A stretch of DNA of 64,000 bases, taken from NCBI GenBank assembly GCA_036268455.1, contig DATAUD010000026.1, positions 12,407 to 76,406 of the forward strand, given 5' to 3'. Of the stretch, positions 49,871 through 60,603 are shown piece after piece. Source of the stretch: Verrucomicrobiia bacterium (GTDB lineage Bacteria > Verrucomicrobiota > Verrucomicrobiia > Limisphaerales > Palsa-1400). A program made the position numbers and the translations under genes. How positions within the stretch are numbered: the stretch's first letter is position 1; the number at the start of each line of letters is the position of its first letter. A model generated the notes under the pieces. The model saw only the letters and a list, made by a program, of their open reading frames with translations. It did no database searches and was not told the DNA's origin.

Positions 49871-52266
49871 GCGGAAGTCAGCGCAAGAGGGATCATCTGG
49901 GAAATGTTTCCCACGAAATGGGCCTTTATCTTGCTCCGTACTTCCACCGGCACTTCCAACCAATCGTTGCGGTTTTGATCCGGCAGAATGACATGCTTGA
50001 GGCCGGACCGGGCCGCCGCCAGTACCTTCTCCTTGATCCCTCCGACCCTCAAAACCCGGCCGCGCAAGCTGATTTCTCCCGTCATCGCAACATCCGAACG
50101 GATCTTGCGCTTTGTCAACAGGGACACCAGCGCCGCCACAATGGTCAGGCCAGCGCTCGGACCGTCCTTCGGCGTGGCGCCGGCGGGCACATGGATGTGG
50201 ATGTCCCGCTTATCGTAATCGGTCATATCGATCTTCAGCGATTCGGCGCGATTGCGCAGGAAACTTAAGGCTGTTTGGGCGCTTTCCTTCATCACCTCGC
50301 CCAACGACCCGGTGAGAATCAGCGAGCCTTTGCCGGGCATCCGAGTGGCTTCGATGAATAGGATTTCCCCGCCCACGGGCGTCCATGCAAGGCCAATGGC
50401 GATCCCATGCTCCAAGATGCGTTCGGCGGCTTCCGGCGTGACAGGAGGCGGCCCCAAATAACCATGCAACATGCCGGGCGTGATCGTCAGCGGCTTTTGC
50501 TGACTTTTCCGTCCGACAATCTTGCGAGCGGCCTTTCGTGTCAGCGCGGCGATTTCACGGTCCAGTTGGCGCACTCCGGCTTCGCGCGTGTATTCCTCAA
50601 TAACGTGGCGCAATGTTGCGTCCGGGAAGCGGACCAGTTTTTTCTTCAGGCCGTGCTCCTCCAATTGGCGAGGCACCAAATAGCGTCTGGCAATCTGCAC
50701 TTTCTCCGCCGCTGTGTAACTGGGCAATTCGATGACCTCAAGGCGGTCCCGCAAGGCGGGGTGAACCGGATCAAGCCAATTGGCCGTGGTCAGAAATAAA
50801 ACCCGCGAGAGGTCGTAGGGAACATCCAGGTAATGGTCCACGAAAGCGTTGTTTTGCGTCGGATCCAGCACCTCCAGCAAGGCCGATGCCGGGTCACCGC
50901 GAAAATCGGAGCCTACCTTGTCCAATTCGTCCAGCAGGATGACCGGGTTGCTGGATTCCACTCGGCGCAACGTCTGGATGATTCTTCCCGGAAGCGCGCC
51001 GACATAGGTGCGGCGATGCCCGCGAATCTCCGCTTCGTCGCGCATTCCGCCCAGCGAAATGCGGGCAAATTTACGCCCAAGCGCCTCGGCAACGCTCTTG
51101 CCCAGGGACGTTTTTCCAACGCCTGGCGGGCCGACAAGGCAAAGAATCGGGCCCTTGAGTTGCTGCTTGAGTTTGATGACGGCCAGGAATTCCAGCAGCC
51201 GGTCCTTTACTTTGTGCAAACCGAAATGCTGCTGGTCAAGCAAACGCCCGGCATCCGCAAGGTCCAGCTTGTCCTCTGTAAATTTGGTCCATGGCAGGTT
51301 GATCAGCCAATCCAGGTAGTTCCGCGTCATCGTGTATTCGGCGACAGCGGCGGGCATTTGCTGCAAGCGGTCCAGTTCCTTGAGCGCGATTTTTTTGGGT
51401 TCCTCCGGCAGGTTATTCTGGTCGATCTGCTCGCGAAGTTCCTTTGCTTCGGCCGCTCCCGGCTCGATTTCACCCAACTCGCGCTGGATGGCGCGGATTT
51501 GTTCGCGGAGGAAAAAATCGCGCTGGTTCTTCGACATCGAGGTGACGACCTCGTTCTGGATTTTTGATCCAAGCCGCAACACTTCAAGCTCCCGGCTCAA
51601 TAACGGCAGCAAACGGGTGAGACGATCCTTCACCGACGGCATTTCAAGGAGATGCTGGCGCTCTTCCAGGCTGAGATTCAAATTCGCCGCGATCAAATCG
51701 GAAAGCTTCCCGGCGTCTTCCGTGTTCAGCGCCGCGACTTTCACCTGGTCCGCCAGCGCGGGAGAGAGCTTGATGATCTCCTGAAATTCGCGTTCCGCAT
51801 TTCGCGTCAGCGCAGTCAACTCAAGGGAATCATCCGCCGCATCCTTGAACTTCTCGGTGCGCGCGATGAGATAGGGCGATTGCGAAGAATATTCAATGAT
51901 TCGGAAGCGGCGCAGTCCTTCGACGAGCACGCGCACGGTGCCATCGGGAAATTTAAGCATCTTGAGAACGCGCCCGGCGCACCCATGCGTATGCAGTTCC
52001 TCGGGAGTGGGATTTTCGACTTCCGAATTGCGCTGCAACACCAATCCCAGGAAACGGTCCCCGGCAACCACGTCGTCAATCAAACGAATGCTCTGCGGCG
52101 TTTCGACCAGCAACGGAGTCACCGTGCCCGGAAAAATGACGATGTCGGACAGACCCAGAATTGGGAGCGCCTCTGGCAATGACTTGGACCAAGCCTTGGT
52201 GCCGGCGGCATCCGGCGTTCCACCAGCGCCCAGTATGCTGATGAATTCAGTTTCCGGTGTGGTCAT
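49867..52266 (-). CDS. lon: ATP-dependent Lon protease
   Basis: GPPGVGKTS and PKDGPSAG, with a LON N-domain. Confidence 0.95.
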   Translation of the reverse strand: MTTPETEFISILGAGGTPDAAGTKAWSKSLPEALPILGLSDIVIFPGTVTPLLVETPQSIRLIDDVVAGDRFLGLVLQRNSEVENPTPEELHTHGCAGRVLKMLKFPDGTVRVLVEGLRRFRIIEYSSQSPYLIARTEKFKDAADDSLELTALTRNAEREFQEIIKLSPALADQVKVAALNTEDAGKLSDLIAANLNLSLEERQHLLEMPSVKDRLTRLLPLLSRELEVLRLGSKIQNEVVTSMSKNQRDFFLREQIRAIQRELGEIEPGAAEAKELREQIDQNNLPEEPKKIALKELDRLQQMPAAVAEYTMTRNYLDWLINLPWTKFTEDKLDLADAGRLLDQQHFGLHKVKDRLLEFLAVIKLKQQLKGPILCLVGPPGVGKTSLGKSVAEALGRKFARISLGGMRDEAEIRGHRRTYVGALPGRIIQTLRRVESSNPVILLDELDKVGSDFRGDPASALLEVLDPTQNNAFVDHYLDVPYDLSRVLFLTTANWLDPVHPALRDRLEVIELPSYTAAEKVQIARRYLVPRQLEEHGLKKKLVRFPDATLRHVIEEYTREAGVRQLDREIAALTRKAARKIVGRKSQQKPLTITPGMLHGYLGPPPVTPEAAERILEHGIAIGLAWTPVGGEILFIEATRMPGKGSLILTGSLGEVMKESAQTALSFLRNRAESLKIDMTDYDKRDIHIHVPAGATPKDGPSAGLTIVAALVSLLTKRKIRSDVAMTGEISLRGRVLRVGGIKEKVLAAARSGLKHVILPDQNRNDWLEVPVEVRSKIKAHFVGNISQMIPLALTSA

Positions 52267-52283
52267 TCCCCTGGTTCCCTGGT

Positions 52284-52688
52284 TTAATCATCGCTGACAG
52301 TGATCGTGCGGGGGCTGACGGGAGTGGAAACGAAAGGCACATCAATGCGAAGGAAACCATTTTGATAGACCGCCTTTCCGAGCGACAAATCGCAACCCTC
52401 CGGCACATCAATGACCCGTCCAAAGGCGCCGTAATTGATCTCCATCACAAGAAATTTGCACTGGGCCGGGCGGCAGCCGTCCGGCCTCTGGCCGCTGATA
52501 TGAAGTCTGTTGCCTTCGACAGTCAATTCCAGGTTTTCGCGTTGCATGCCTGCCAATTCGACTTTTATGACGAGGCCGGAATCGGTGCAATAGACATCAA
52601 TGTTGGGAGCCCAATGGGTGTCGTGGTCTTTTGCTATCGCGATTCGGCGTTTGGAAAATTGCAATGAGGCGGAGTTCATTTTTTGCAT
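52284..52688 (-). CDS. Hsp20/alpha-crystallin small heat-shock protein
   Basis: The 134-aa ORF has an alpha-crystallin domain layout and lies 17 nt upstream of lon. Confidence 0.8.
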   Translation of the reverse strand: MQKMNSASLQFSKRRIAIAKDHDTHWAPNIDVYCTDSGLVIKVELAGMQRENLELTVEGNRLHISGQRPDGCRPAQCKFLVMEINYGAFGRVIDVPEGCDLSLGKAVYQNGFLRIDVPFVSTPVSPRTITVSDD

Positions 52689-52760
52689 GGTGTAACGGGA
52701 GAAATTATCTCATCGAGGTGGGTTCTGCAAGTTTCAGTAGGGTGTGTTTTCTTTGGCGAG

Positions 52761-52967
52761 TTAGTTTTGTTTCACCAGTATTGTCGGGCGCCGGCCCTTT
52801 CGTGCGCTGAACACAATGGAACCTTTGGCGCCGGTTCCAGTCGGCGCACTGCAACCGCAGTGTGTGTCCCGCTCAAAACTGAACGCCCGCCGGCGTAGTT
52901 TGGTTCGCAGGAAAATTCCAGCGGTGGCCGCGACAATCACAAGCGCCGTTATTTGTTGCCAATCCAT
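52761..52967 (-). CDS. small membrane protein with a Cys-containing tail (FeoB-associated Cys-rich-like)
   Basis: MDWQQITALVIVAATAGIFL TM helix followed by ...HCGCS.... Confidence 0.4.
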   Translation of the reverse strand: MDWQQITALVIVAATAGIFLRTKLRRRAFSFERDTHCGCSAPTGTGAKGSIVFSARKGRRPTILVKQN

Positions 52968-53100
52968 AATTGTAACATAGCGCGTTGGCGGCGGAGCGCA
53001 ACTGGATGTTTTGAAACAGAAAAAAGGACTCCCACGCCCGGCGCGATCATCCTGCCCCTTCTTTCCAGTCTAAAAGGCGGGGTTTAGAGAGAAAACGGCC

Positions 53101-53388
53101 CTATTTCTTGGCTTTTGCCTTGCCTTTGGTTTCTGTGGCCAGGCGGTAGGTCAGGGTCTTGTTGCGGCGAACGGAGCCGGAGTATTTCCTGGCCCATTCG
53201 CGATTGGCGATGGCGTGCTTCAAGCAGTGCCAGGCCGTGACCTTGGGTTCGCCACAGATGACGCAGCGGCCTTCCTTGGCCCGGCGAAGCTGCCATTTCT
53301 GCTGTCTGGAGATAGGCAATTCCGTAAATTCGTCAACAATTTTTTTCCGCGTATAAGTGCTAGTATTTTTCTTTTGTCCTTTTTTCAT
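53101..53388 (-). CDS. small basic hypothetical protein
   Basis: MKKGQKKNTS...CVICGE....WHC..H, with a Lys-rich C-terminus. I recognise no family. Confidence 0.4.
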   Translation of the reverse strand: MKKGQKKNTSTYTRKKIVDEFTELPISRQQKWQLRRAKEGRCVICGEPKVTAWHCLKHAIANREWARKYSGSVRRNKTLTYRLATETKGKAKAKK

Positions 53389-53599
53389 AAATTCGCAGGT
53401 CAACATGAATTACATAGACAGCGGCAAAAGGAAAGAAAAAAATGCGCTGTCGCAAATAATTTTTTGAAGCGGTGGCCAGTTGACACGCCCTGGACGGAAA
53501 GGAGCGCTGGCTGAAAGAAACGCAAAGGCGCAAAAGGAAGTTAAGCGACGTGGCTTGATTTTCGCGCGCGCGCCAACCATTAGCAAATTTGACCTTTAG

Positions 53600-55276
53600 C
53601 TACGGAGTACTGAGTGAGGGCGAGACACCTATGAGTGGGGTCAGCACGACCGCGCCGCTCAATATGTTTGTGTCGCCAACAGTCAAGAAATAGCCGAAGC
53701 CGTTTTGCATTGATTCAAGCACGGCGCCCTGAATGTGGTCTGTATCGGTGGTGACAGGGTCCACGAATGATCCGGTGAACAGGCCGGTGGTGTTGTTAAT
53801 CGTGAGTTTGACATTGTCCGTGTTCGTTGAAACTCCTTTGCCGTTTACCGAAATCCCGTAATTCACCGGGGTGGGAAGGTCGGCGTTCTGCAATGTCACA
53901 TCGACGTTGGTAAGGTCCAGCGCGTTGGTGTTCTTGCCCGGCGCTTTAAAGGGGGCCAGCCAGATGGCGCGGCCTGTCAAACTAAAACCGTTGGTGAAAG
54001 ACGCGGAACGCGTATCGGCGTCTTTAAACCAGGAGACGGTGTAGTTGGTGGTCGGGATGGCGTTCGTGAAAAGAACCCATCCGATAACCGTCCCGCTGCC
54101 GGATTTTTTTGTGTCATAATGGACATAGAGCGGGAGATAACCGTTTTCGTCCAAGTCCCCGGCAAAAGTGGTCTGCGTGCCATCGGCCAAATACATGATC
54201 GGAAGCCTGGCCCTGCCTGTTGCACTCACAGACGCGGTGCCGTAACTGTAACCTTGCGGCGCGAGGGTGGGGTCGCCATTGCCGGCGCCATTCATGGCCC
54301 AGGTGTACTTGCCTTCGTAACGCGTGGCGGCGTGTTGGAAAGTGCGATAGGCCTGCAATGAGGATACGAATTCGCCTGCGCCGTTCGTGCCTCCGCTGCT
54401 CACTCCGCCGGTCAATCCACTTGCCCCATTCAAATCCAGCGTGAGAGCCAAAAGTAAATCGCCCATCTTTTGCGCGCGGCGAGAGAGTGTCACTTGTGCC
54501 GTGCCGTCGGCGTTGAAACGCTGGTCGCTGAACGAATGCCTTGTGCCGTCAACCCAAACCTGTCCGGAAAATATCCCGGCATGCGGCCCGCTTCCGGTGA
54601 GGGTCAATGTCAAATAACCCGAGTTGGTTTCGCTGGCATCGTCGGAGATCCCGAAGAGGCCGTCGTATGTTCCGGCGAGATTGTTATTGGTAAACGGATT
54701 GGTTATGAACGTGGCCATCAATGACATATTTGACTGCATTACGAACTTCAGCTTTGGATCGCTTTCCGTGAGGCTGCCGCTCCAGCCGTCAAAATATTGC
54801 CCTTTACCGGCAACGGCGGTGATTGCGTAGGTTTCGCCGATGACCAGTTCCTTGCCATTGAGATTGGGCGTAACAGTGCCGGCGCCATGGATTGTGATTG
54901 AAAGCGGGCTGGTGACGACCAGGAAGTAATTGGCGGAATTGGTAAGTGAAACGCCATTGGTCCCGACGGCCCATACTTGAAATAAGTTCGATCCCGGCTG
55001 CGTCAACACAAGGGGAGCCTGCCAATTGTTCCAGTTTTTGTTGTTGAGTTGCGTGGCGGTGGATGGTCCCACGCCGTTAATGGTGTACTGCACCGAGACG
55101 ACGCCGGAATTGGCTTTCGTCGCGCCGCTGACCGTAAAGGAACCGACTGTGACCCGCGCATTGTTCCGAGGCCCTGTGATGGCCGGCTTCGGCGGGACGG
55201 GGGCGACGGGGACGCCGTGAGCGGAAATGGCGATCAATCCGGTCACGAGCAGGGACGAAAGAATGGCTGTTTTCAT
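53600..55276 (-). CDS. secreted Ig/InlB-B-repeat protein, paralog of the C-terminal half of 39056-42355
   Basis: Signal peptide MKTAILSSLLVTGLIAISAHG at ATG 55276, with shared blocks such as AGTYDGLFG...NSGYLTLTLTGSG. Confidence 0.7.
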   Translation of the reverse strand: MKTAILSSLLVTGLIAISAHGVPVAPVPPKPAITGPRNNARVTVGSFTVSGATKANSGVVSVQYTINGVGPSTATQLNNKNWNNWQAPLVLTQPGSNLFQVWAVGTNGVSLTNSANYFLVVTSPLSITIHGAGTVTPNLNGKELVIGETYAITAVAGKGQYFDGWSGSLTESDPKLKFVMQSNMSLMATFITNPFTNNNLAGTYDGLFGISDDASETNSGYLTLTLTGSGPHAGIFSGQVWVDGTRHSFSDQRFNADGTAQVTLSRRAQKMGDLLLALTLDLNGASGLTGGVSSGGTNGAGEFVSSLQAYRTFQHAATRYEGKYTWAMNGAGNGDPTLAPQGYSYGTASVSATGRARLPIMYLADGTQTTFAGDLDENGYLPLYVHYDTKKSGSGTVIGWVLFTNAIPTTNYTVSWFKDADTRSASFTNGFSLTGRAIWLAPFKAPGKNTNALDLTNVDVTLQNADLPTPVNYGISVNGKGVSTNTDNVKLTINNTTGLFTGSFVDPVTTDTDHIQGAVLESMQNGFGYFLTVGDTNILSGAVVLTPLIGVSPSLSTP

Positions 55277-55471
55277 AATTTGTTTGTCATTAAAATACTC
55301 GCTGTCATTAGAAACGCCTTTGGGAAGGCTGTCATCCCCGCAAGCCTCTAATCTTTTATCAGTAAGCGCCATTAGGGTTTTCACCTACCTGCCCTCAGCG
55401 GCGTTCGCTTTTTTCCGTTGCTTGAATAAACCAGTGCCGTATGTTCACCGAGGTCTTTGGGAAATCAGATT

Positions 55472-56386
55472 ATGAATACACCACGAGTCAAAGAAATTTT
55501 AAGCTGGTACGGGAGCGATAATCCCGGCACACTCACGAACCTCGCGCGGCTCCTTAATCACGGAAAACTCGGCGGCACCGGACGCCTGGTCATCCTGCCG
55601 GTGGACCAGGGGTTTGAACACGGTCCGGCGCGCAGTTTCGCGGTCAATCCGCCTGGATATGATCCGCGGTATCATTTTGAACTGGCGATCGAGTCCGGTT
55701 GCAACGCGTACGCGGCGCCGCTGGGGTTTATCGAGGCGGGGGCGCGGGAATTCGCGGGGGACATTCCGCTCATCCTTAAAATCAACAATCACGACGTTTT
55801 GCTTGACGAAAAAGACCCTCTCTCCGCGGTGACCAGCGGCGTGCAGGACGCGTTGCGGCTCGGATGCGCGGCGATTGGTTTCACGATTTATCCAGGTTCG
55901 GCGGAGCGCGTGACGATGTACCAGGAATTGCGCGAGGCGGCGGAATTGGCCAAACATCATGGGCTGGCTGTGGTGGTGTGGTCGTATCCGCGCGGCTCCG
56001 GCTTGAGCAAAGAGGGAGAAACGGCGATGGACGTGTGCGGTTACGCGGCGCACATCGCGGCGGAATTGGGGGCGCACATCATCAAGGTGAAACTGCCGAG
56101 CGCCCATTTGGAGCAGGAAGCGGCGCGCAAAGTTTACGAAAAGGAAAAGGTGCCGATTGGTTCGCTGGCCGAACGCGTGAAACATGTGGTGCAATGCACG
56201 TTTAACGGACGGCGGATTGTTATTTTCTCCGGCGGCCCCTCCGCGAGCGACGATGCGGTTTACGAGGAAGTCACGGCGATTCGCCAGGGCGGCGGGTTCG
56301 GATCGATCATCGGACGGAATTCGTTCCAGCGCAAAAGGGATCAGTCGCTGCAGTTCCTGGGCAAAATCATTTCCATTTACTCCTAG
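55472..56386 (+). CDS. class I fructose-bisphosphate aldolase (DhnA/FbaB type)
   Basis: LVILPVDQGFEHGP, AHIIKVKLP (Schiff-base Lys context) and GRNSFQR. Confidence 0.75.
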   Translation: MNTPRVKEILSWYGSDNPGTLTNLARLLNHGKLGGTGRLVILPVDQGFEHGPARSFAVNPPGYDPRYHFELAIESGCNAYAAPLGFIEAGAREFAGDIPLILKINNHDVLLDEKDPLSAVTSGVQDALRLGCAAIGFTIYPGSAERVTMYQELREAAELAKHHGLAVVVWSYPRGSGLSKEGETAMDVCGYAAHIAAELGAHIIKVKLPSAHLEQEAARKVYEKEKVPIGSLAERVKHVVQCTFNGRRIVIFSGGPSASDDAVYEEVTAIRQGGGFGSIIGRNSFQRKRDQSLQFLGKIISIYS

Positions 56387-56398
56387 GAACAGGCGCCG

Positions 56399-57934
56399 AT
56401 GAATAACCAACCGCCTCCGAATGGTTCCGGCGAGCCGCCGCCGCGCATCGCCGATCCGTGCGTCATGGTGATTTTTGGGGCAAGCGGCGATTTGACCAAG
56501 CGCAAGTTGGTTCCGTCTCTGTTGAACCTTGCGGCGGCAAAACTTTTGCCGGAGGCATTCGCGATCATTGGGTTCGCCAACAATGACTTCAACACGGAGA
56601 GTTTCCGCGCGCAACTGAGCCAGGAAATCAAGGAATTCGCGAGTTGCGACATAACGCCGGAGTTGTGGGATTGGTTCGTAAAAAGAATTTATTATGTCCG
56701 CGGTGATTTTAAGGACGCGAATGCCTACCAGCAGTTGAAACAGGAAATCGCCAAGGCGGAAAAGACACATAACATTTCGGGCAACCACTTTTATTATCTG
56801 GCGGTTGCGCCGCAATTTTTCGGGGAGGTTGTTCGGCAACTTGGCAGCGCTGGATTGGCGCAGGAGGCGAACGGCCGCTGGGCGCGGGTCGTTATCGAGA
56901 AGCCGTTCGGACGCGATTTGGAGTCGGCGAAGGCGCTGAACCGGGAGATCAAGCAAATCCTCGAGGAGCCGCAGATTTACCGGATCGACCATTACTTGGG
57001 AAAGGAAACGGTCCAGAACATCATCATCTTTCGCTTCGGCAACGGGATTTTTGAGCCGATTTGGAACCGGCGCTACATTGACCATGTGGAAATCACCGCC
57101 GCGGAAACCGTCGGCGTTGAGCAACGGGGCGGTTATTACGAGACGGCCGGCGCATTGCGCGACATGGTGCCCAATCACCTGTTCCAACTGGTTTCGCTGA
57201 CGGCGATGGAGCCGCCGATTTCGTTCCATGCTGATTCGGTGAGGGATGAACAGGCCAAGGCGCTGCACGCGATCCAGGCACCGACGCCTGAAGAAGTTTT
57301 GACGATGGCAGTGCGCGGGCAATACGGGGACGGACAAGTTGGAGACGAACACGCGCCGGCTTATCGCAAGGAACCAAATGTCTCACCGGAATCGACGACC
57401 GAGACTTTTGCGGGATTAAAGTTGCGCATTGATAATTGGCGCTGGGCGGATGTGCCGTTTTATTTGCGAACGGGAAAAAGGCTGGCCAAACGAACGACGG
57501 AAATCGCGATTCAGTTCAAGCGCGCGCCGTTTCAATTGTTTCGCGATACGCCGGTCGAGGCGCTGGAGACGAACCGGCTGGTGCTGCACATTCAGCCGGA
57601 GGAAGGGTTGTCACTGCGGTTTGGCGCGAAAATTCCCGGACCGATCATGCACATGGGCCCCGTGGAGATGAAATTCAACTACGTGGATTATTTTGGAAAG
57701 ACGCCAAGCACGGGCTACGAACGGCTGATTTATGATTGCATGATCGGCGACGCGACGCTTTTCCAGCGGGCGGACATGGTTGAGGCCGGATGGAGTGTTA
57801 TCACGCCGATTCTGGACGTGTGGAGGGCGCTGCCGCCGCGGACTTTTCCCAATTACGCCGCGGGATCGTGGGGCCCGAAGGAGGCGGACGATCTTCTTGC
57901 TCGGGACGGGCGGCGGTGGAGACATATCGAATGA
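56399..57934 (+). CDS. zwf: glucose-6-phosphate dehydrogenase
   Basis: [19 protein letters not shown] and RIDHYLGKE. Confidence 0.9.
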   Translation: MNNQPPPNGSGEPPPRIADPCVMVIFGASGDLTKRKLVPSLLNLAAAKLLPEAFAIIGFANNDFNTESFRAQLSQEIKEFASCDITPELWDWFVKRIYYVRGDFKDANAYQQLKQEIAKAEKTHNISGNHFYYLAVAPQFFGEVVRQLGSAGLAQEANGRWARVVIEKPFGRDLESAKALNREIKQILEEPQIYRIDHYLGKETVQNIIIFRFGNGIFEPIWNRRYIDHVEITAAETVGVEQRGGYYETAGALRDMVPNHLFQLVSLTAMEPPISFHADSVRDEQAKALHAIQAPTPEEVLTMAVRGQYGDGQVGDEHAPAYRKEPNVSPESTTETFAGLKLRIDNWRWADVPFYLRTGKRLAKRTTEIAIQFKRAPFQLFRDTPVEALETNRLVLHIQPEEGLSLRFGAKIPGPIMHMGPVEMKFNYVDYFGKTPSTGYERLIYDCMIGDATLFQRADMVEAGWSVITPILDVWRALPPRTFPNYAAGSWGPKEADDLLARDGRRWRHIE

Positions 57935-58623
57935 AAGTGCTGGTCATCGATGTTGGGGGGACGCACGTAAAGCTGTTGGCCACAGGGCACAAGCACAAAA
58001 TTGAATTTCTCTCCGGGCCTGGAATGACCGCGAAAAAAATGGTCGCGCAAGTAAAAGCGACAGTTAAACAGGCGGGATGGGTTTACGAGGTAATTTCAAT
58101 GGGCTATCCGGGTCCCGTGCTGCACGACCGCGCGATAGGGGAGCCGTGGAACTTGGGGAAAGGCTGGGTGACAACGGATTTCAAAAAAGCATTTGGCTGC
58201 CCTGTCAAAATGATCAATGACGCGGCGATGCAGGCGATCGGAAGCTACGAGGGCGGAAGAATGCTGTTTCTGGGATTGGGGACGGGCCTCGGGTCGTCGT
58301 TGATTGTGGATTCGGTGGTTGAACCGTTGGAGCTGGCGCATTTGCCATATAAGAAGGGGAAGACCTTCGAGGATTACGTGGGGTTGAGGGGTCTGCGGCG
58401 ATTGGGGAAAAAGAAATGGCGCAGGCACGTCGCGGACGTGGTGGCCACGTTGAAGGTGGCGACGCAGGCGGAGTACGTTGTCCTGGGGGGCGGCAATGCG
58501 AGATTGCTAAAGAGGCTGCCGCCGAGCGCGCGACTCGGGGACAACAACAACGCGTTTCGCGGGGGATTTCGGGTTTGGAATCCACCTTCCAAAGAAAAAA
58601 AACCGCGCGGGCGGCTGTGCTGA
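57931..58623 (+). CDS. ROK-family glucokinase (polyphosphate-glucokinase-like)
   Basis: [19 protein letters not shown] 57931 forms an ATGA overlap with the zwf stop. Confidence 0.75.
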   Translation: MKVLVIDVGGTHVKLLATGHKHKIEFLSGPGMTAKKMVAQVKATVKQAGWVYEVISMGYPGPVLHDRAIGEPWNLGKGWVTTDFKKAFGCPVKMINDAAMQAIGSYEGGRMLFLGLGTGLGSSLIVDSVVEPLELAHLPYKKGKTFEDYVGLRGLRRLGKKKWRRHVADVVATLKVATQAEYVVLGGGNARLLKRLPPSARLGDNNNAFRGGFRVWNPPSKEKKPRGRLC

Positions 58624-58643
58624 ATTTCCTTCCGTTGGAGCCA

Positions 58644-59885
58644 TCACTTTGCCAAAACTTCGTTTACAAGGCTTTGATCGCCATCGTTGGGGGCGGGGGT
58701 GAGGCCGAGGGTGGCGCACAGGAGATCGTAAATATTCACGTTTTGCTCGGGGGGCAAGACGACGCCGTGCCGGAAGGCCGGACCCCAGGCGATGAACGTC
58801 GCGCCCATGGACTCCAATTCGGGATCAAAGCCGTGCGTGGCGTTTTCAAATGCCCTCGCGGGATCGAGCTTGCGCTTGCTGATATACCAGCCTTCATCTG
58901 CAACCAGAATTACCTGCGGAATACGGGGGCTGGCAGTGTAGTGGAATCGCGCGGGCATGTTTTCGCGGCGGTAAACTCTGAAATGGTTTTCCTTGCCGAC
59001 GAATTGATTGTAGAGGGCATCCACATTGCCATCGAGCGGACGCAGCCCCGCAATTGCACCGGTGGCGTCCACGCGCACGGAGTTCAAATCCACATAATCG
59101 CCCAGGACAATGACGCGGTTGGTGCTTAGGTCCGTCATGCCGTGATCAGAAACAATGATGACGCTGGCGATGTTTTCCAGTTGCAGCCGATGCAAGCCGC
59201 TGGTCAAACGGCCAATCGCTTCGTCCACTTGCGAGACGGCGCGCGCGACTTGAGGCGAGTCCACACCGTGATGGTGCGATTCCGTGTCCACCTCGTGAAA
59301 ATAGAGCGTGAGAAGACTTGGGCGCTGATTGGTTTGCGCAAGCCAGCCAAGGCCCGCGTCAACGCAACTATCGGGGGAAATTTTCGCGTCAAACGGTTTC
59401 CAATTTGTCGGACGCACGCCGTCAATCTCCGCCTCCGAACCGGGCCAGAACATGCAATCGGCAAACCGCCCTTGCTTGATGGCCGTCACCCAAATCGGCT
59501 CGCCGCCCCACCATCGGCCATCCGTTGGGCCGGGATTATTCATGATGTGAAACTCAGCTTTAAGATTCGGATCATACATGCTGTTGTTGACAATGCCGTG
59601 ATGTTCCGGCCAAAGACCGGTGACGATTGTGTAGTGATTCGGAAACGTGAGTGAAGGGAAGGCCGAAATCAACCGTTGCGCCCGGACGCCTTCGCCGGCA
59701 AGTTCATTGAGATGAGGCGTTTGGGCCTTGAACTTTTGGAGATAGTCCCAGCGGAATCCATCGAGCGAAACGAGAATCAAAATCCTGTCGCGCGGAGCAA
59801 CGGCATCGGGTGTTTGGCCGCTGGCCGCCGCCGCCAGCGCAATTAGACACAAGCAAACCAGCCAATCGTGAAGGCGCATTTTCAT
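58644..59885 (-). CDS. ectonucleotide pyrophosphatase/phosphodiesterase (alkaline phosphatase superfamily)
   Basis: Signal peptide, LILVSLDGFRWDYL, FPSLTFPNHY and VSDHGM. Confidence 0.8.
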   Translation of the reverse strand: MKMRLHDWLVCLCLIALAAAASGQTPDAVAPRDRILILVSLDGFRWDYLQKFKAQTPHLNELAGEGVRAQRLISAFPSLTFPNHYTIVTGLWPEHHGIVNNSMYDPNLKAEFHIMNNPGPTDGRWWGGEPIWVTAIKQGRFADCMFWPGSEAEIDGVRPTNWKPFDAKISPDSCVDAGLGWLAQTNQRPSLLTLYFHEVDTESHHHGVDSPQVARAVSQVDEAIGRLTSGLHRLQLENIASVIIVSDHGMTDLSTNRVIVLGDYVDLNSVRVDATGAIAGLRPLDGNVDALYNQFVGKENHFRVYRRENMPARFHYTASPRIPQVILVADEGWYISKRKLDPARAFENATHGFDPELESMGATFIAWGPAFRHGVVLPPEQNVNIYDLLCATLGLTPAPNDGDQSLVNEVLAK

Positions 59886-59909
59886 AAGGCCACTCTCATC
59901 GTGGGAAAA

Positions 59910-60530
59910 TTAAGGACAGTCGTCGCTCAAATTATCCAGGCCTTCGTGGTCGATGGTGAATGAAACGGTGTCGCTTCCACCGAAATGGGTGACTTTTAGG
60001 AGGAAGATGGTGTCGTAGTCTTTGCCGGGCCATTCCGGCACATGCGCCGGATTTCCGTGCGCTTTGAGGAATTTTTTGACGAATTCATCGAGAAGGCCAT
60101 GCTCCCAGGCGACAAAAATGGTGGCGCTTTGGTATTCCGGCTTCTCCAGTTCTTTCTCGAGGCCATCAATCTGGCGGAAGCCGAACTCCGTGTTGACAGG
60201 CAGGCCGCAGCGAATTGCGGTCGGCTCGATGGTCATGAGGGGACGAACGTAATAGTAATAGCCGCGATTTTTGCCGTCCACCTTTTGGGTGGGGTTGGGC
60301 GCGAACACGAATTGAGGTGTGCCGTACTTGGCGAGCAGGACTTTGGGCAATGCAAGGGCGCGATTGAGGCCCCGGCAGTTCAATTGTCCAAGGCCGCCAA
60401 CCGGTTTTTCGCCATGCCGGATGCAGACGATGGTTTCCACAGTTGGCCCGGACGTCTGGGGTGAAGCAGGTTCGTCACCACGAACGGAACAGGCCAGGCC
60501 AATGACAAGTATGCCCAAGAGTATTTTCAT
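59910..60530 (-). CDS. secreted histidine-phosphatase-superfamily protein
   Basis: Signal peptide and an IVCIRHGEKP (RHG) motif. Confidence 0.55.
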   Translation of the reverse strand: MKILLGILVIGLACSVRGDEPASPQTSGPTVETIVCIRHGEKPVGGLGQLNCRGLNRALALPKVLLAKYGTPQFVFAPNPTQKVDGKNRGYYYYVRPLMTIEPTAIRCGLPVNTEFGFRQIDGLEKELEKPEYQSATIFVAWEHGLLDEFVKKFLKAHGNPAHVPEWPGKDYDTIFLLKVTHFGGSDTVSFTIDHEGLDNLSDDCP

Positions 60531-60603
60531 ATAGTCTTGGAGTTAACCACGGATTTTGCGGATTTCACGGATATTCTTTGGGCCACCAAAGACTGCCGAG
60601 CCT

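Noticed and set aside
55499-57352. 617-aa ORF antisense to the aldolase and zwf genes.
   Set aside because: It spans two well-supported plus-strand genes and their intergenic gap, and it has an Arg-rich shadow composition.
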